A stretch of DNA of 48,090 nucleotides, taken from contig CANQBF010000003.1 in NCBI GenBank assembly GCA_947588895.1, forward strand, positions 1-48,090, in the 5' to 3' direction. A program made the translations under genes and the position numbers. Numbering within the stretch: position 1 is the stretch's first letter; each line of letters opens with the position of its first letter. This DNA comes from an uncultured Bacilli bacterium (lineage in GTDB: Bacteria > Bacillota_I > Bacilli_A > RF39 > UBA660). Positions 9,901 to 18,229 of the stretch are shown piece by piece. Under the pieces are notes generated by a model, which made no database searches, had not been told where the DNA came from, and saw only the letters and a program-made list of their open reading frames with translations.

Positions 9901-10304
9901 AATCCAGTTTCTCTTGTGGCATAAACATCAGAATGATCACCAAAAATAGATAAAGCATGTGTTGCTACTGTTCTACTAGCTACATGAATAACTCCCGGTA
10001 AACATTCACCAGCTATCTTATACATATTAGGAATCATTAATAAAAGACCTTGACTAGCAGTAAATGTTGAAGCTAGTGAACCTGAAAGTAAAGCACCATG
10101 CATTGTTGCAATCGCACCAGCTTCACTTTGCATTTCAATTACATTTGGTACACTTCCATATAAATTTTTTAAATCACTATGAGTTAAACTATCTATATTT
10201 GAAGCCATTGGACTAGAAGGTGTAATTGGATATATACTACATATTTCACTAAATAAATATGCTATTCTACTACACGCTGTATTTCCATCTACTTGTTTTT
10301 TCAT
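6969..10304 (-). CDS. nifJ: Pyruvate:ferredoxin (flavodoxin) oxidoreductase
   Basis: YPITPSS, EMQSEAGA, two CxxCxxCxxxCP ferredoxin motifs, GACAGCGE, GGDGWAYDIG TPP motif. Confidence 0.97.
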   Translation of the reverse strand: MKKQVDGNTACSRIAYLFSEICSIYPITPSSPMASNIDSLTHSDLKNLYGSVPNVIEMQSEAGAIATMHGALLSGSLASTFTASQGLLLMIPNMYKIAGECLPGVIHVASRTVATHALSIFGDHSDVYATRETGFCMLSSSNVEDAQNLAVVAHLAAIKGSLPFVHFFDGFRTSHELNTIDLIDEKEVLKLIPWDNINDYKNKCLNVNCGVQYGLAENEDIYFQSVEARNELYLKMPDIVNEYMEKINNIMHTSYKPFNYYGDSNATNIIIAMGSVTDTIKLVVDDLNKKGEKVGLINVHLYRPFSVKYLLDVLPSSVKNIAVLDRTKEAGSIGEPLYLDIVSALHDKNINIVGGRYGLSSKNTTPKHIYSVFKMLKTKLQNNFTIGINDDVTNLSLEEEDYNIELDAKEIKIFGFGSDGMVSASKEMLKIIAEEDNYVEGYFEYDSKKSGGVTISNLRWSKSKINAPFYVENPEIVVVTKDEYLKRFKVLDSIKDNGILLLNTNKNEKELNEFLPNNLKNIINNKKIKVFYIDASVIVLNNNINGKINKIIEMVILKLLNIPNGYEKVVELIKKTFVTKGEEVINNNINALNNSLDSLKILENLHEVDEPVKLKQNIFEKINCREGNSLKVSELVPYRNGAFPWNLASEEKRGVSYLIPVWDMEKCIECGKCNIICPHGVIRPIVTKDNIGKKYVGKEEYNYYLAISEKDCTGCGLCIKNCPTQALSFGNSNKENLEIVNKYFENYENPELMDKFNIKGASLQKSKFKFSGACAGCGETPYIRLLTQLYGDELVIANATGCSSIYGGSAPSTPYSIPWANSLFEDNAEFALGIDASYQNKRNRIKEIMEMSINSVEEDIKKQYELWLANMEDVKITTSVRDNLNDKNIPKDLKDLIDYIPSRVVWAIGGDGWAYDIGFGGLDHVLSQNRNIKCLVLDTEVYSNTGGQMSKSSKIGAVAEFADFGKKTYKKDLFRIAMSYPNCYVASISMGANPMHTIKVLKEAMEHNGPALIIAYSPCVEHGIKNGLSCAVSEGKLAVDVGYELLMHYNPEEEKLYLDSKEPDFNRYQEFLDNEVRFKALKIKDEQLAHDLLESQKENAIKRYNYYKKLV

Positions 10305-10360
10305 ATCATCACCACCATAATTATAAAATAAAATGACTAGATTTACTAGTCAAATTAAAA

Positions 10361-10381
10361 AAGTTCACGTTTTGTGAACTT
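10361..10381 (-). terminator. Intrinsic terminator of ABC transporter gene
   Basis: AAGTTCAC-GTTTT-GTGAACTT with a U tract on the minus strand. Confidence 0.65.
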
Positions 10382-10390
10382 AATTTATAA

Positions 10391-12799
10391 TTATTCTGTT
10401 CTAAGTGCAATAACTGGGTCTTTTTTACTTGCTATTTTTGATGGAATTAAACCAGCAATTACAGTTAATACCACACTAATAATAACTAATACAATACTAC
10501 CTACTAAAGGTAATTTACATAAATTACTTATATCAACTAATTTTTTTAGAACTATGTTAATAGGTATTGTTAATAAGAAAGTAATACCTATACCTAAAAG
10601 ACCAGCAGTTAAACCAATAATAAATGTTTCAGCATTAAATACTCTAGCAACATCTTTTTTACTAGCACCAATACTTCTTAAAATACCAATTTCCTTTGTT
10701 CTTTCTAATACACTAATATAAGTAATAATACCAATCATAATTGATGATACAATTAAGGAAATACTAACAAAAGCAATCAATACATAACTAATAATATTAA
10801 CGATTGTAGTAACACTACTCATAAGTAATCCAACATAATCAGTATATTGAATTTTATTTACTTCATCTTGAGAATCATTATAATCTTTAATTATATTTTC
10901 AATTTCTTCTTTATCACTAAAGCTTTTTGGATATAAATTAATTGCACTAGGAGATTCTAAATCAATTACGCCAAAATTACTCAAATTATTTTCATAACTA
11001 TCAATTCCACTAAAAGGTTCTTTAGTCAAAACATTAATCTCTTTATTACTCTTTTGCTCTTTAGCAATATTTGAATTATTATTTTTATCAATAATATAAT
11101 TAGTTAATTCATTTAAATAACCAATACCACCAGTTGTACTATTAATTGATGCTTCTTCATTTGGTTTCATAATACCTACTACTTTTATTGTTTCAGCATC
11201 ATCAATTAATTTTTTCATATAGCTTTCATTTTTACTCATATCTTGCCAAATACCATTTTCTTTTTTATATAAATCAGTATTTAAAATTAATTTATATTCT
11301 AAAGCTAATATTTCATCATATGTATAAACTTTATCAGTTAATTCATACTTTTCTCCCCTCATTGTACTTTGAAACAATTCAAACAATTCTTGTTTATCTT
11401 TAAGCCCTAAAGAATATAAAGCATAATCACTAACTTCATTATTTTCATCAACTATTAAAATAATTTCATTATATTTTTCTGGTAATCTACCGGCAATAAT
11501 ATCATATTGACTTTTTAATAATTCTTTATTATTAGATAATTCACTCCATAAAGGATAATTACTCATCATTGTTCCCATACCCATTTCTTCCATAATATGA
11601 GATGGATTAATTTGGTTTATTCCTTTACTAGTATCTTTATCATATATATTTATATCAAAATTATATACATATTTTATATCAGTCGTTAATTCTTTTATTT
11701 TATCATTATTATCAACAAATTTTTTGAAATCAACTAAATTATTAGTAGTAACTTTATTGATTACCATACTCATCATATCAGTCATAACATTATTTGAATA
11801 AATTTTATCATTATCATGCTCTTTTTTATCATCACTTTGCATACTATTCATAAATGATGCCATATCAACTGTTTGTCTTTCAATAGTAAGTGGATAGCTA
11901 GTAAGTGTATCTTCTTGAACTTTAGCAATATATTGTTCAATACCATTTGATAAACTCATAATTAAAGAAATACCAATAATTCCTATACTACCAGCAAAAG
12001 CAGTTAAAATTGTTCTTCCTTTTTTTGTCATTAAATTATTTAAACTTAAAGAAACAGCAGTCTTAAATGACATATTAGCTTTAATATTTTTATCTTTCTT
12101 CTTTATTTCAACTTTTTCGCCATCATATGGATTACTATCTCCTTCAATAACTCCATCTTTAATATTAATTATTCTTGTTGAATATTTTGAAGCTAAATCA
12201 GGATTATGAGTAACCATAATAACTAAACGGTCTTTAGCAATTTCTTTTAATAAATCCATAATTTGAATACTAGTTTTAGTATCTAATGCTCCACTTGGTT
12301 CATCAGCTAAAACTATTTGAGGATTATTAACGAGTGCTCTAGCAATCGCTACTCTTTGCATTTGACCACCAGATAATTGGTTTGGCTTTTTATTAATATG
12401 TTCACTTAATCCTACACTAGCTAATGCTTGTTTAGCTCTTTCTCTTCTTTCTTTTTTAGATACACCTGATAAAGTTAAAGCTAACTCAACATTACTAAGT
12501 ATAGTTTGATGAGGTATTAAATTATAACTTTGAAAAACAAACCCAATTTTATGATTACGATATATATCCCAATCATGGTCAGTATAATTTTTAGTTGATA
12601 CTCCATCAATAATTAAATCACCACTTGTATATTTATCTAATCCCCCAATTATATTTAAAAGGGTTGTTTTTCCAGAACCTGATGGTCCTAAAATAGAAAC
12701 AAATTCACATTCTCTAAAATTAATACTTACTCCATCTAAAGCATTTTGAATAAAATTATCAAGTTTATATACTTTAGTTATATTTTTTATTTCTAGCAT
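10391..12799 (-). CDS. ABC transporter ATP-binding/permease fusion (MacB/FtsX-type)
   Basis: GPSGSGKT Walker A, LSGGQ, ADEP, and C-terminal FtsX permease ERTKEIGILRSIGA. Confidence 0.95.
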   Translation of the reverse strand: MLEIKNITKVYKLDNFIQNALDGVSINFRECEFVSILGPSGSGKTTLLNIIGGLDKYTSGDLIIDGVSTKNYTDHDWDIYRNHKIGFVFQSYNLIPHQTILSNVELALTLSGVSKKERRERAKQALASVGLSEHINKKPNQLSGGQMQRVAIARALVNNPQIVLADEPSGALDTKTSIQIMDLLKEIAKDRLVIMVTHNPDLASKYSTRIINIKDGVIEGDSNPYDGEKVEIKKKDKNIKANMSFKTAVSLSLNNLMTKKGRTILTAFAGSIGIIGISLIMSLSNGIEQYIAKVQEDTLTSYPLTIERQTVDMASFMNSMQSDDKKEHDNDKIYSNNVMTDMMSMVINKVTTNNLVDFKKFVDNNDKIKELTTDIKYVYNFDINIYDKDTSKGINQINPSHIMEEMGMGTMMSNYPLWSELSNNKELLKSQYDIIAGRLPEKYNEIILIVDENNEVSDYALYSLGLKDKQELFELFQSTMRGEKYELTDKVYTYDEILALEYKLILNTDLYKKENGIWQDMSKNESYMKKLIDDAETIKVVGIMKPNEEASINSTTGGIGYLNELTNYIIDKNNNSNIAKEQKSNKEINVLTKEPFSGIDSYENNLSNFGVIDLESPSAINLYPKSFSDKEEIENIIKDYNDSQDEVNKIQYTDYVGLLMSSVTTIVNIISYVLIAFVSISLIVSSIMIGIITYISVLERTKEIGILRSIGASKKDVARVFNAETFIIGLTAGLLGIGITFLLTIPINIVLKKLVDISNLCKLPLVGSIVLVIISVVLTVIAGLIPSKIASKKDPVIALRTE

Positions 12800-12911
12800 A
12801 AAAATCCTCCTTTAAATTATATGTAATTTTTTTAAACTTACTTTCTTATTATATTAAGTATTTGTGAAGTTTACAAGAAAAATTTAACAAAAGCTACATA
12901 ATAGTAAAAAA

Positions 12912-12933
12912 AGAAAGGAATTTCTACCTTTCT
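12912..12933 (-). terminator. Intrinsic terminator of HD gene
   Basis: AGAAAGG-N8-CCTTTCT with a U tract on the minus strand. Confidence 0.6.
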
Positions 12934-12938
12934 AATTA

Positions 12939-13646
12939 TTATTTATATCTTAATTTTCCTGTAATTAAAGATTGCAAACTATTAATAGATTTTAATTCTT
13001 TACTTAAAGATACTTGTTTATCAGCTTTTGATACAATTCTTCCTTCCAAATATACACTTCTTGAAATAGATAAATTAAATAATTTATTACGATTAGTTGA
13101 TTCAATAATCATATTTTTATATTTTGGTAATAAATTTTTATATTTTTTCAAATTATTTAATTCTAATTTTTCAATTTCTTTTCTAGCACTTTTTACTGGA
13201 AATGGATACATATGATGAATTATACCATCAATAATCATATATGCCATTTCTTTATTCTCAAAATATTCAGGATACCATGTTATAGCATTAATAACTGCTT
13301 CAATTGGATGAGTAAAACCATGTTTATTAGTAAAATATTCTTTTTTTATTGGTGAATTTTGCCATGGTAATTCATATAAGTCATGGAACATAGCAATAAT
13401 AACTGCTGTTTTTAAATCAACATTATTATATTTTTCTTTATTTTTAATTAATTTATATGTAACCATTGCATCACTTAATATATGATATCCTAAACTTATA
13501 TTATCATGATGAGGATATTCTAAAGCATTATACCTTTTAATAAATTCTTCATGAGATATTATAGGCATAATAAAACTAAAGAACTCTTCTTTCTCACTTC
13601 TATTAAAATCATAATTATCTAGTAATTCATTTATGTCGTCAACCAT
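12939..13646 (-). CDS. HD-domain phosphohydrolase
   Basis: HH...H...FHDLY...HGFTHP...HHMYP...ADK pattern. Confidence 0.85.
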   Translation of the reverse strand: MVDDINELLDNYDFNRSEKEEFFSFIMPIISHEEFIKRYNALEYPHHDNISLGYHILSDAMVTYKLIKNKEKYNNVDLKTAVIIAMFHDLYELPWQNSPIKKEYFTNKHGFTHPIEAVINAITWYPEYFENKEMAYMIIDGIIHHMYPFPVKSARKEIEKLELNNLKKYKNLLPKYKNMIIESTNRNKLFNLSISRSVYLEGRIVSKADKQVSLSKELKSINSLQSLITGKLRYK

Positions 13647-13710
13647 ATTTATCCCACCTACATAGAATTATACGCTTTTTATTAAAAAAATACAATAAAA
13701 ATTGTATTTT

Positions 13711-14397
13711 TCACTTTTTCCTTCTAACTAATTCTTGGCGTTTATTCTTGATAATATCAACTTCACTATCATTATGTAGTCCAGTATAAATATCCCAATC
13801 AGGTTCATCAGTTGTCATGTCTATACCTCTTTTATTAATTATTTTAAATGATTCATATTGTTCTTTAATTGTTTTTAATATTCGCATATCCATTTTTCTG
13901 CTATTGTTTTCATTTTTAGTCATTTCAATACTATTATTTTTTATAGTTTCTAATGCTTTTTCAGCTTCTTTCTCTTTTAAATTCAAATAATCAATATTAG
14001 ATTCAGTTTGATGTTGCTTATCTTTAAGATTATATTCCATATTCATTAACTTTGTAGTTTTAATATATGAATAACCAGTAACTATTATAAAAAATAATAA
14101 GTATATAAAATCTAATACAACATGACTAGTTATCATTGAAAATAATTGAATCCCTGTAAATAAAGTCCCAATAATATTAAATATACTAAATAAAATTATA
14201 TACTTATTATTACTTTTTATTTGATTAATTAAATTATTACGTTTATTTTCTTCTTCATTTTTTAAATTATTAATAAACTCTATTATATTTTCTTCTGTTA
14301 ATATATCATATACATTATCTACAGTTTTAACTTCTTTTTCCCCATTATCCATTTTTACCTTGGTATTCTCTCCATCAAATTTATATTCTTTATTCAT
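13711..14397 (-). CDS. Hypothetical membrane protein (2 TM, coiled-coil flanks)
   Basis: GGAGG RBS; two hydrophobic helices; basic C-terminus. Confidence 0.75.
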   Translation of the reverse strand: MNKEYKFDGENTKVKMDNGEKEVKTVDNVYDILTEENIIEFINNLKNEEENKRNNLINQIKSNNKYIILFSIFNIIGTLFTGIQLFSMITSHVVLDFIYLLFFIIVTGYSYIKTTKLMNMEYNLKDKQHQTESNIDYLNLKEKEAEKALETIKNNSIEMTKNENNSRKMDMRILKTIKEQYESFKIINKRGIDMTTDEPDWDIYTGLHNDSEVDIIKNKRQELVRRKK

Positions 14398-14439
14398 AAA
14401 ACCTCCATGACCTTATTTTATCATATGTCAATTTCTAAA

Positions 14440-15543
14440 TCAATTTATTGTACCTAAATATTCTACAATTACTCTAACTGTTGGATTAACAAAATAAGAA
14501 CGAGTATTTTGAATTGAATTTATAAATGGTGATTTTAAATTAATTGTATCTAAAGATAAATTTACAAGTTCATATTGATTATTTTCATCTTCTACAGTAA
14601 TTATTCCTTCTCCATGTAATTCTTGTATTTCACCTCGATATATATATTTACTATCTCCTACATATATTGAATCAGTATCTTTTTTTCTAAATCCAATAGC
14701 AATAAAATCTTTATCTTCATTAAAAGTTTGATTTGCTTTTTTATAAGCATAAACCATAAAAGTAATTTTATAATATCCAGTTTTATTAAAACTAACTAAA
14801 TAATCTGGTGAAACACTTGTTAATTCTTCACTTTCCATTTCTTTTCTTTTTATTGGAATTCTTGAATTAGAAGCAACTTCAAAACCATCATATGGATAAC
14901 TTTCATTAAATGTTATTAAATAACTAGCTTTTATTTTTTCTGGTCCACTTGGCCCTGTAACTCCTGGTTCTCCTTGAATACCTTGAGGACCCATTGGTCC
15001 CATTTCGCCTTTTTCTCCCTTAGGACCTCTTATTACTCCAACATCTTTCCACTTATTTTCATTTTCACTCCATACATATAAATTATCATTAATTAAATAT
15101 CCATCACCTTGTTTACCACTTTCATGCTCTTTCATTAAATCTTCAAGATTATCATAAGAGCCTTCAATAGTTACACTTGTTCCTGAAGGACCTATCGCAC
15201 CCGGTATTCCTGGTTCTCCCTTATCACCTTTTAATCCTCTAGCACCAGGTTCTCCTTTATCTCCCTTTTCTCCTTTTGGGCCGGTTGCTCCCATAGGAAT
15301 ATAAAATTCTAAACGAGCATTATTATTATCACCAACATTAACTACCTTAGCTGTCATAGAAGGATCAATTGTTTCTACTTTAGCCACTTCAATTTGGGTA
15401 AAACTAGCTGGTCCCGTAGGTCCTATTTCTCCTTGAGGTCCTCTTTCTCCCTGTGGTCCAGTTGGCCCTGGTATTAATTTTATTCCAAAACTATTTTGAC
15501 AACATTTGTTATTTTTATTACAATTATTAAAATAATTATTCAT
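14440..15543 (-). CDS. Collagen-like protein
   Basis: Three Gly-X-Y blocks separated by globular spacers; Cys/Asn-rich N-terminus; C-terminal beta-rich domain. Confidence 0.85.
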   Translation of the reverse strand: MNNYFNNCNKNNKCCQNSFGIKLIPGPTGPQGERGPQGEIGPTGPASFTQIEVAKVETIDPSMTAKVVNVGDNNNARLEFYIPMGATGPKGEKGDKGEPGARGLKGDKGEPGIPGAIGPSGTSVTIEGSYDNLEDLMKEHESGKQGDGYLINDNLYVWSENENKWKDVGVIRGPKGEKGEMGPMGPQGIQGEPGVTGPSGPEKIKASYLITFNESYPYDGFEVASNSRIPIKRKEMESEELTSVSPDYLVSFNKTGYYKITFMVYAYKKANQTFNEDKDFIAIGFRKKDTDSIYVGDSKYIYRGEIQELHGEGIITVEDENNQYELVNLSLDTINLKSPFINSIQNTRSYFVNPTVRVIVEYLGTIN

Positions 15544-15643
15544 AAAGCTAATACTCCTCTCCCTATAATTTATGTAATTATTATAAATATGGCTGTTTAT
15601 TTTACTTAATTATGCTATAATAACTACTTTGAAAGGACTACTT

Positions 15644-16240
15644 ATGAATAAAGATTTATTAAATTTAAAACTTAAAATGTTATTATCATTATTTGAATTT
15701 AAAAAAATAGAAAAACTATCAACATTATATTTAGAATATATAAAAAAATATGTTAATTTATATAATCAAAGTCCCAAATATAATCAAAAATGGCAATCAA
15801 TTAATAATTGTTACTTTTATGCTTTAAATATTTCTACCCCATTAATAATAAATATCTATTCAAAATTATTAACTGATGATTATTTTAGTATAAATGTCGG
15901 TAATATTGCCGGTATGGATTTTATGGAACAACAAAATCAAAATGAAATAGAATTATTAAATTGTTTATATCATGACTTAAATGAACTTAATATAAAATGT
16001 TATGAAAGTACGATAAATACACCAAATAAATATAATGGCTATAAAATACTAGTTTTATATAGTGATTCTCATGATTATCATTTTATTCGTCAAAATAGTG
16101 ATAATTTATGGTCAACAAAATTTGGATTAGAGAAAGATATATTTACATCTGATAATCCTTTATTACTATTTAATAATCCATTTGATACTTCATGTAGCTA
16201 TAAATTAGTAAAATGCTTAGAAATAGTCAAACCTCAATAA
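15644..16240 (+). CDS. Hypothetical protein with papain-like Cys/His motifs
   Basis: ATG at 15644 after GAAAGGA; NNCYFYALN and DYHFIRQNSDNLWSTKFG motifs. Confidence 0.7.
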   Translation: MNKDLLNLKLKMLLSLFEFKKIEKLSTLYLEYIKKYVNLYNQSPKYNQKWQSINNCYFYALNISTPLIINIYSKLLTDDYFSINVGNIAGMDFMEQQNQNEIELLNCLYHDLNELNIKCYESTINTPNKYNGYKILVLYSDSHDYHFIRQNSDNLWSTKFGLEKDIFTSDNPLLLFNNPFDTSCSYKLVKCLEIVKPQ

Positions 16241-16268
16241 ATTTATACATATAATTAATTGAACTCAA

Positions 16269-16297
16269 TTGACATACCCAATATTTTAAGGTAAAAT
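16269..16297 (+). promoter_or_regulatory. Sigma-A promoter of tRNA-Cys
   Basis: TTGACA-17 nt-TAAAAT. Confidence 0.8.
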
Positions 16298-16320
16298 TAA
16301 TTATGTTAATAAATTTATTT

Positions 16321-16394
16321 GGAGCCGTAGCCAAGTGGTAAGGCCCCGGTCTGCAACACCGTCATCGCCGGTTCAAATCCGGCCGGCTCCTCCA
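16321..16394 (+). tRNA. tRNA-Cys (GCA)
   Basis: Acceptor GGAGCCG/CGGCTCC, anticodon loop CTGCAAC, GGTTCAAATCC T-arm, U73 discriminator, encoded CCA. Confidence 0.97.
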
Positions 16395-16408
16395 ATTTTG
16401 TTTATATC

Positions 16409-16437
16409 TTGCATAAATACTAATTTTATGGTATTAT
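16409..16437 (+). promoter_or_regulatory. Promoter of putative antitoxin RNA
   Basis: TTGCAT-17 nt-TATTAT with extended -10 TG. Confidence 0.7.
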
Positions 16438-16460
16438 GTATTTAGCAAGAAAATTTGCAT

Positions 16461-16498
16461 AAAATAAAAAAGGAACATTCAATTTTGCAAGTGAATGT
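16461..16498 (-). terminator. Terminator of toxin mRNA
   Basis: ACATTCA-N10-TGAATGT hairpin followed on the minus strand by TCCTTTTTTATTTT. Confidence 0.55.
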
Positions 16499-16519
16499 CG
16501 CCTCTAAATTATTTGAGTT

Positions 16520-16555
16520 GACACTCTATCAATGCTGAAGAGTGTCTATTTTTTT
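16520..16555 (+). terminator. Terminator of antisense RNA (also stops tRNA read-through)
   Basis: GACACTCT (16520-27)/AGAGTGTC (16539-46) followed by a T tract. Confidence 0.8.
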
Positions 16556-16638
16556 ATTGCTAGCACCAATAAGGTAGAAAGTAGCAAAATGATAGAAATA
16601 AGCTTTAGAACTTTTATAATAAAAGCCTTAATATTCAT
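16546..16638 (-). CDS. Putative type I toxin, 30-aa hydrophobic membrane peptide
   Basis: MNIKAFIIKVLKLISIILLLSTLLVLAIKK*; strong RBS GAAAGGAGGT; single TM helix with C-terminal KK. Not in the ORF track. Confidence 0.8.
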   Translation of the reverse strand: MNIKAFIIKVLKLISIILLLSTLLVLAIKK

Positions 16639-16704
16639 TAATATCTAACCTCCTTTCTTTTTCAAGATTGGAGGACGACACTCACATCAAACGTTCCTAA
16701 TAAA

Positions 16705-16733
16705 ATTATATATCATAAACAAATATTAAACAA
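16705..16733 (-). promoter_or_regulatory. Promoter of toxin peptide gene
   Basis: Minus strand TTGTTT-17 nt-TATAAT. Confidence 0.7.
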
Positions 16734-16898
16734 GCGAACAAATAAAAACTATAATATTTATTTTAAAATTTATACTTTAAATCAAGTGTTTATTTCAAAA
16801 TAGCAAAGGATATTCTAAATATTTATAAATAAATGTTTCATAAATTATAAAAATATAATATACTATTACTTGCAATAGAAATTTTTTGGGAGGAATTT

Positions 16899-17609
16899 AT
16901 GGAAATTATAGATATTTTAAAAAAATATAAAGAAGATAAATTAATTAAAATGATTCACAAAAATAAATTAAATATTAATTTAGAAGAATTACTTATTGAA
17001 AGTGTTAATTTAGGATATAATAAGTTAAGTAATTATTTAATTGATAAAGGTATATCATATGAATATATTAATAAGTTAGATTTTGATTGTTATTTAATGG
17101 CTGTATATCGTGGAAATATTAATATTGTAAAAAATTTAATGACAAAAGGATTGAATTTATATAAAAAATATAATATTGATAATAATGATGTATATGCTAT
17201 TAGTTATGTTATAGATTTAGAAACTTTTAAGTTTTTTGAGAGTCAAAAATTACCAAATGATATTTTTAATAAATGTATTAAAAAAATAGTTTATAATACT
17301 ATATATTCTCATAATATAGAATTATTATCTTATTTAATTGATAATTATCATATCGATATTACCAAATTTGTTTATAAAATAGAAAATAAAAATTATAATA
17401 TTTTAGATAAAACAAAAGAATATTTGGATAATATGCTTGAAATAGAAAAAAGAAAAAGAGAAATGACATATTTTATAGATAGTATCTTTAGTGATAAAAA
17501 ATATTCTAAAGAAATCAAAATAGCTTTTGATAAATTAAAAGAAATTGAAAAAGAAAATGATGAATTAAAACAATATTATCAATTTATAGAAAAACAATTT
17601 AAAAATTAA
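16899..17609 (+). CDS. Ankyrin-repeat-like protein
   Basis: LIESVNLGYNKLSNYLIDKG and YLMAVYRGNINIVKNLMTKG fit the ankyrin repeat pattern; GGGAGG RBS. Confidence 0.7.
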   Translation: MEIIDILKKYKEDKLIKMIHKNKLNINLEELLIESVNLGYNKLSNYLIDKGISYEYINKLDFDCYLMAVYRGNINIVKNLMTKGLNLYKKYNIDNNDVYAISYVIDLETFKFFESQKLPNDIFNKCIKKIVYNTIYSHNIELLSYLIDNYHIDITKFVYKIENKNYNILDKTKEYLDNMLEIEKRKREMTYFIDSIFSDKKYSKEIKIAFDKLKEIEKENDELKQYYQFIEKQFKN

Positions 17610-17663
17610 AAAAGCAAAAATTTATTTTCTTGCTTACCTATAAACTTAAATAAATAATTATAT

Positions 17664-18209
17664 CTATCTAGATTTTCCATTAGATACGTTATCTTTTAAA
17701 GAATTCTGTATCTCTCTAACATCAAAAACATTTGTTATCAAAGACATAGGTATAGGATTCTTAGTCCCTGATGATTTAAAATGTTTAACAGATGGGTCAT
17801 ATGCTAAACGATTACCATTATCAAAGGAAGGTATAAAATAATCTTTATAAGCTGGACATTCTAAAATAATATAACCATATTGTAATGATACTCCACCTAA
17901 AAACCAATTAACACCCTTATTATTATAAAATTTTTGACCATTTTCTTCATATTCTTGATATTCATCATCAATAACATTTCCTACAATAAACCCTAACTCT
18001 AAATAATGTTTATATGTTTCTTCACTAACAGCCCTATAACAATGGTCAGGTTTTAACTTATAGTTACCTATTTCTTTAATAGTATGGTCTCTTTCTGCAA
18101 TCATCTTTTCTTTTGGAGATAATGATTCACCACGTATTATTTTCTCTTGAACTTCTCTTAAACTTTTATCACTAGATAATGGTATAGTTTGAACATTATA
18201 TAAATCCAT
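17664..18209 (-). CDS. Hypothetical protein (possible ADP-ribosyltransferase-like fold)
   Basis: GAGGT RBS; CYRAVSEE...LGFI segment resembles ART strand-1 motifs. Fold assignment is speculative. Confidence 0.7.
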   Translation of the reverse strand: MDLYNVQTIPLSSDKSLREVQEKIIRGESLSPKEKMIAERDHTIKEIGNYKLKPDHCYRAVSEETYKHYLELGFIVGNVIDDEYQEYEENGQKFYNNKGVNWFLGGVSLQYGYIILECPAYKDYFIPSFDNGNRLAYDPSVKHFKSSGTKNPIPMSLITNVFDVREIQNSLKDNVSNGKSR

Positions 18210-18229
18210 ATTAACCTCACTTAATTTTA

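Larger units (their letters stand above)
16444..16555 (+). ncRNA. Putative type I antitoxin antisense RNA (~110 nt)
   Basis: Own promoter; ends in GACACTCT-N11-AGAGTGTC-TAT7 terminator; overlaps the stop codon and 3' UTR of the convergent peptide gene. Confidence 0.65.

Noticed and set aside
6864-10353. ACTAGTCAA 9-mer on both sides of nifJ (6864-6872, 10345-10353)
   Set aside because: Short and AT-rich, with no mobility gene; each copy is explained by a local hairpin.
10361-10381. Possible Rex operator upstream of PFOR
   Set aside because: Half-sites are in the opposite order (TTCAC...GTGAA) to the Rex box, and the hairpin plus U tract fits a terminator.
14940-15470. GC-richer periodic repeats
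   Set aside because: Explained by Gly-X-Y collagen codons.
16346-16362. C-U mismatch at the top of the tRNA-Cys anticodon stem suggesting a pseudo-tRNA
   Set aside because: Mismatches at 27-43 are tolerated; the other arms, U73, CCA and a strong promoter are intact.
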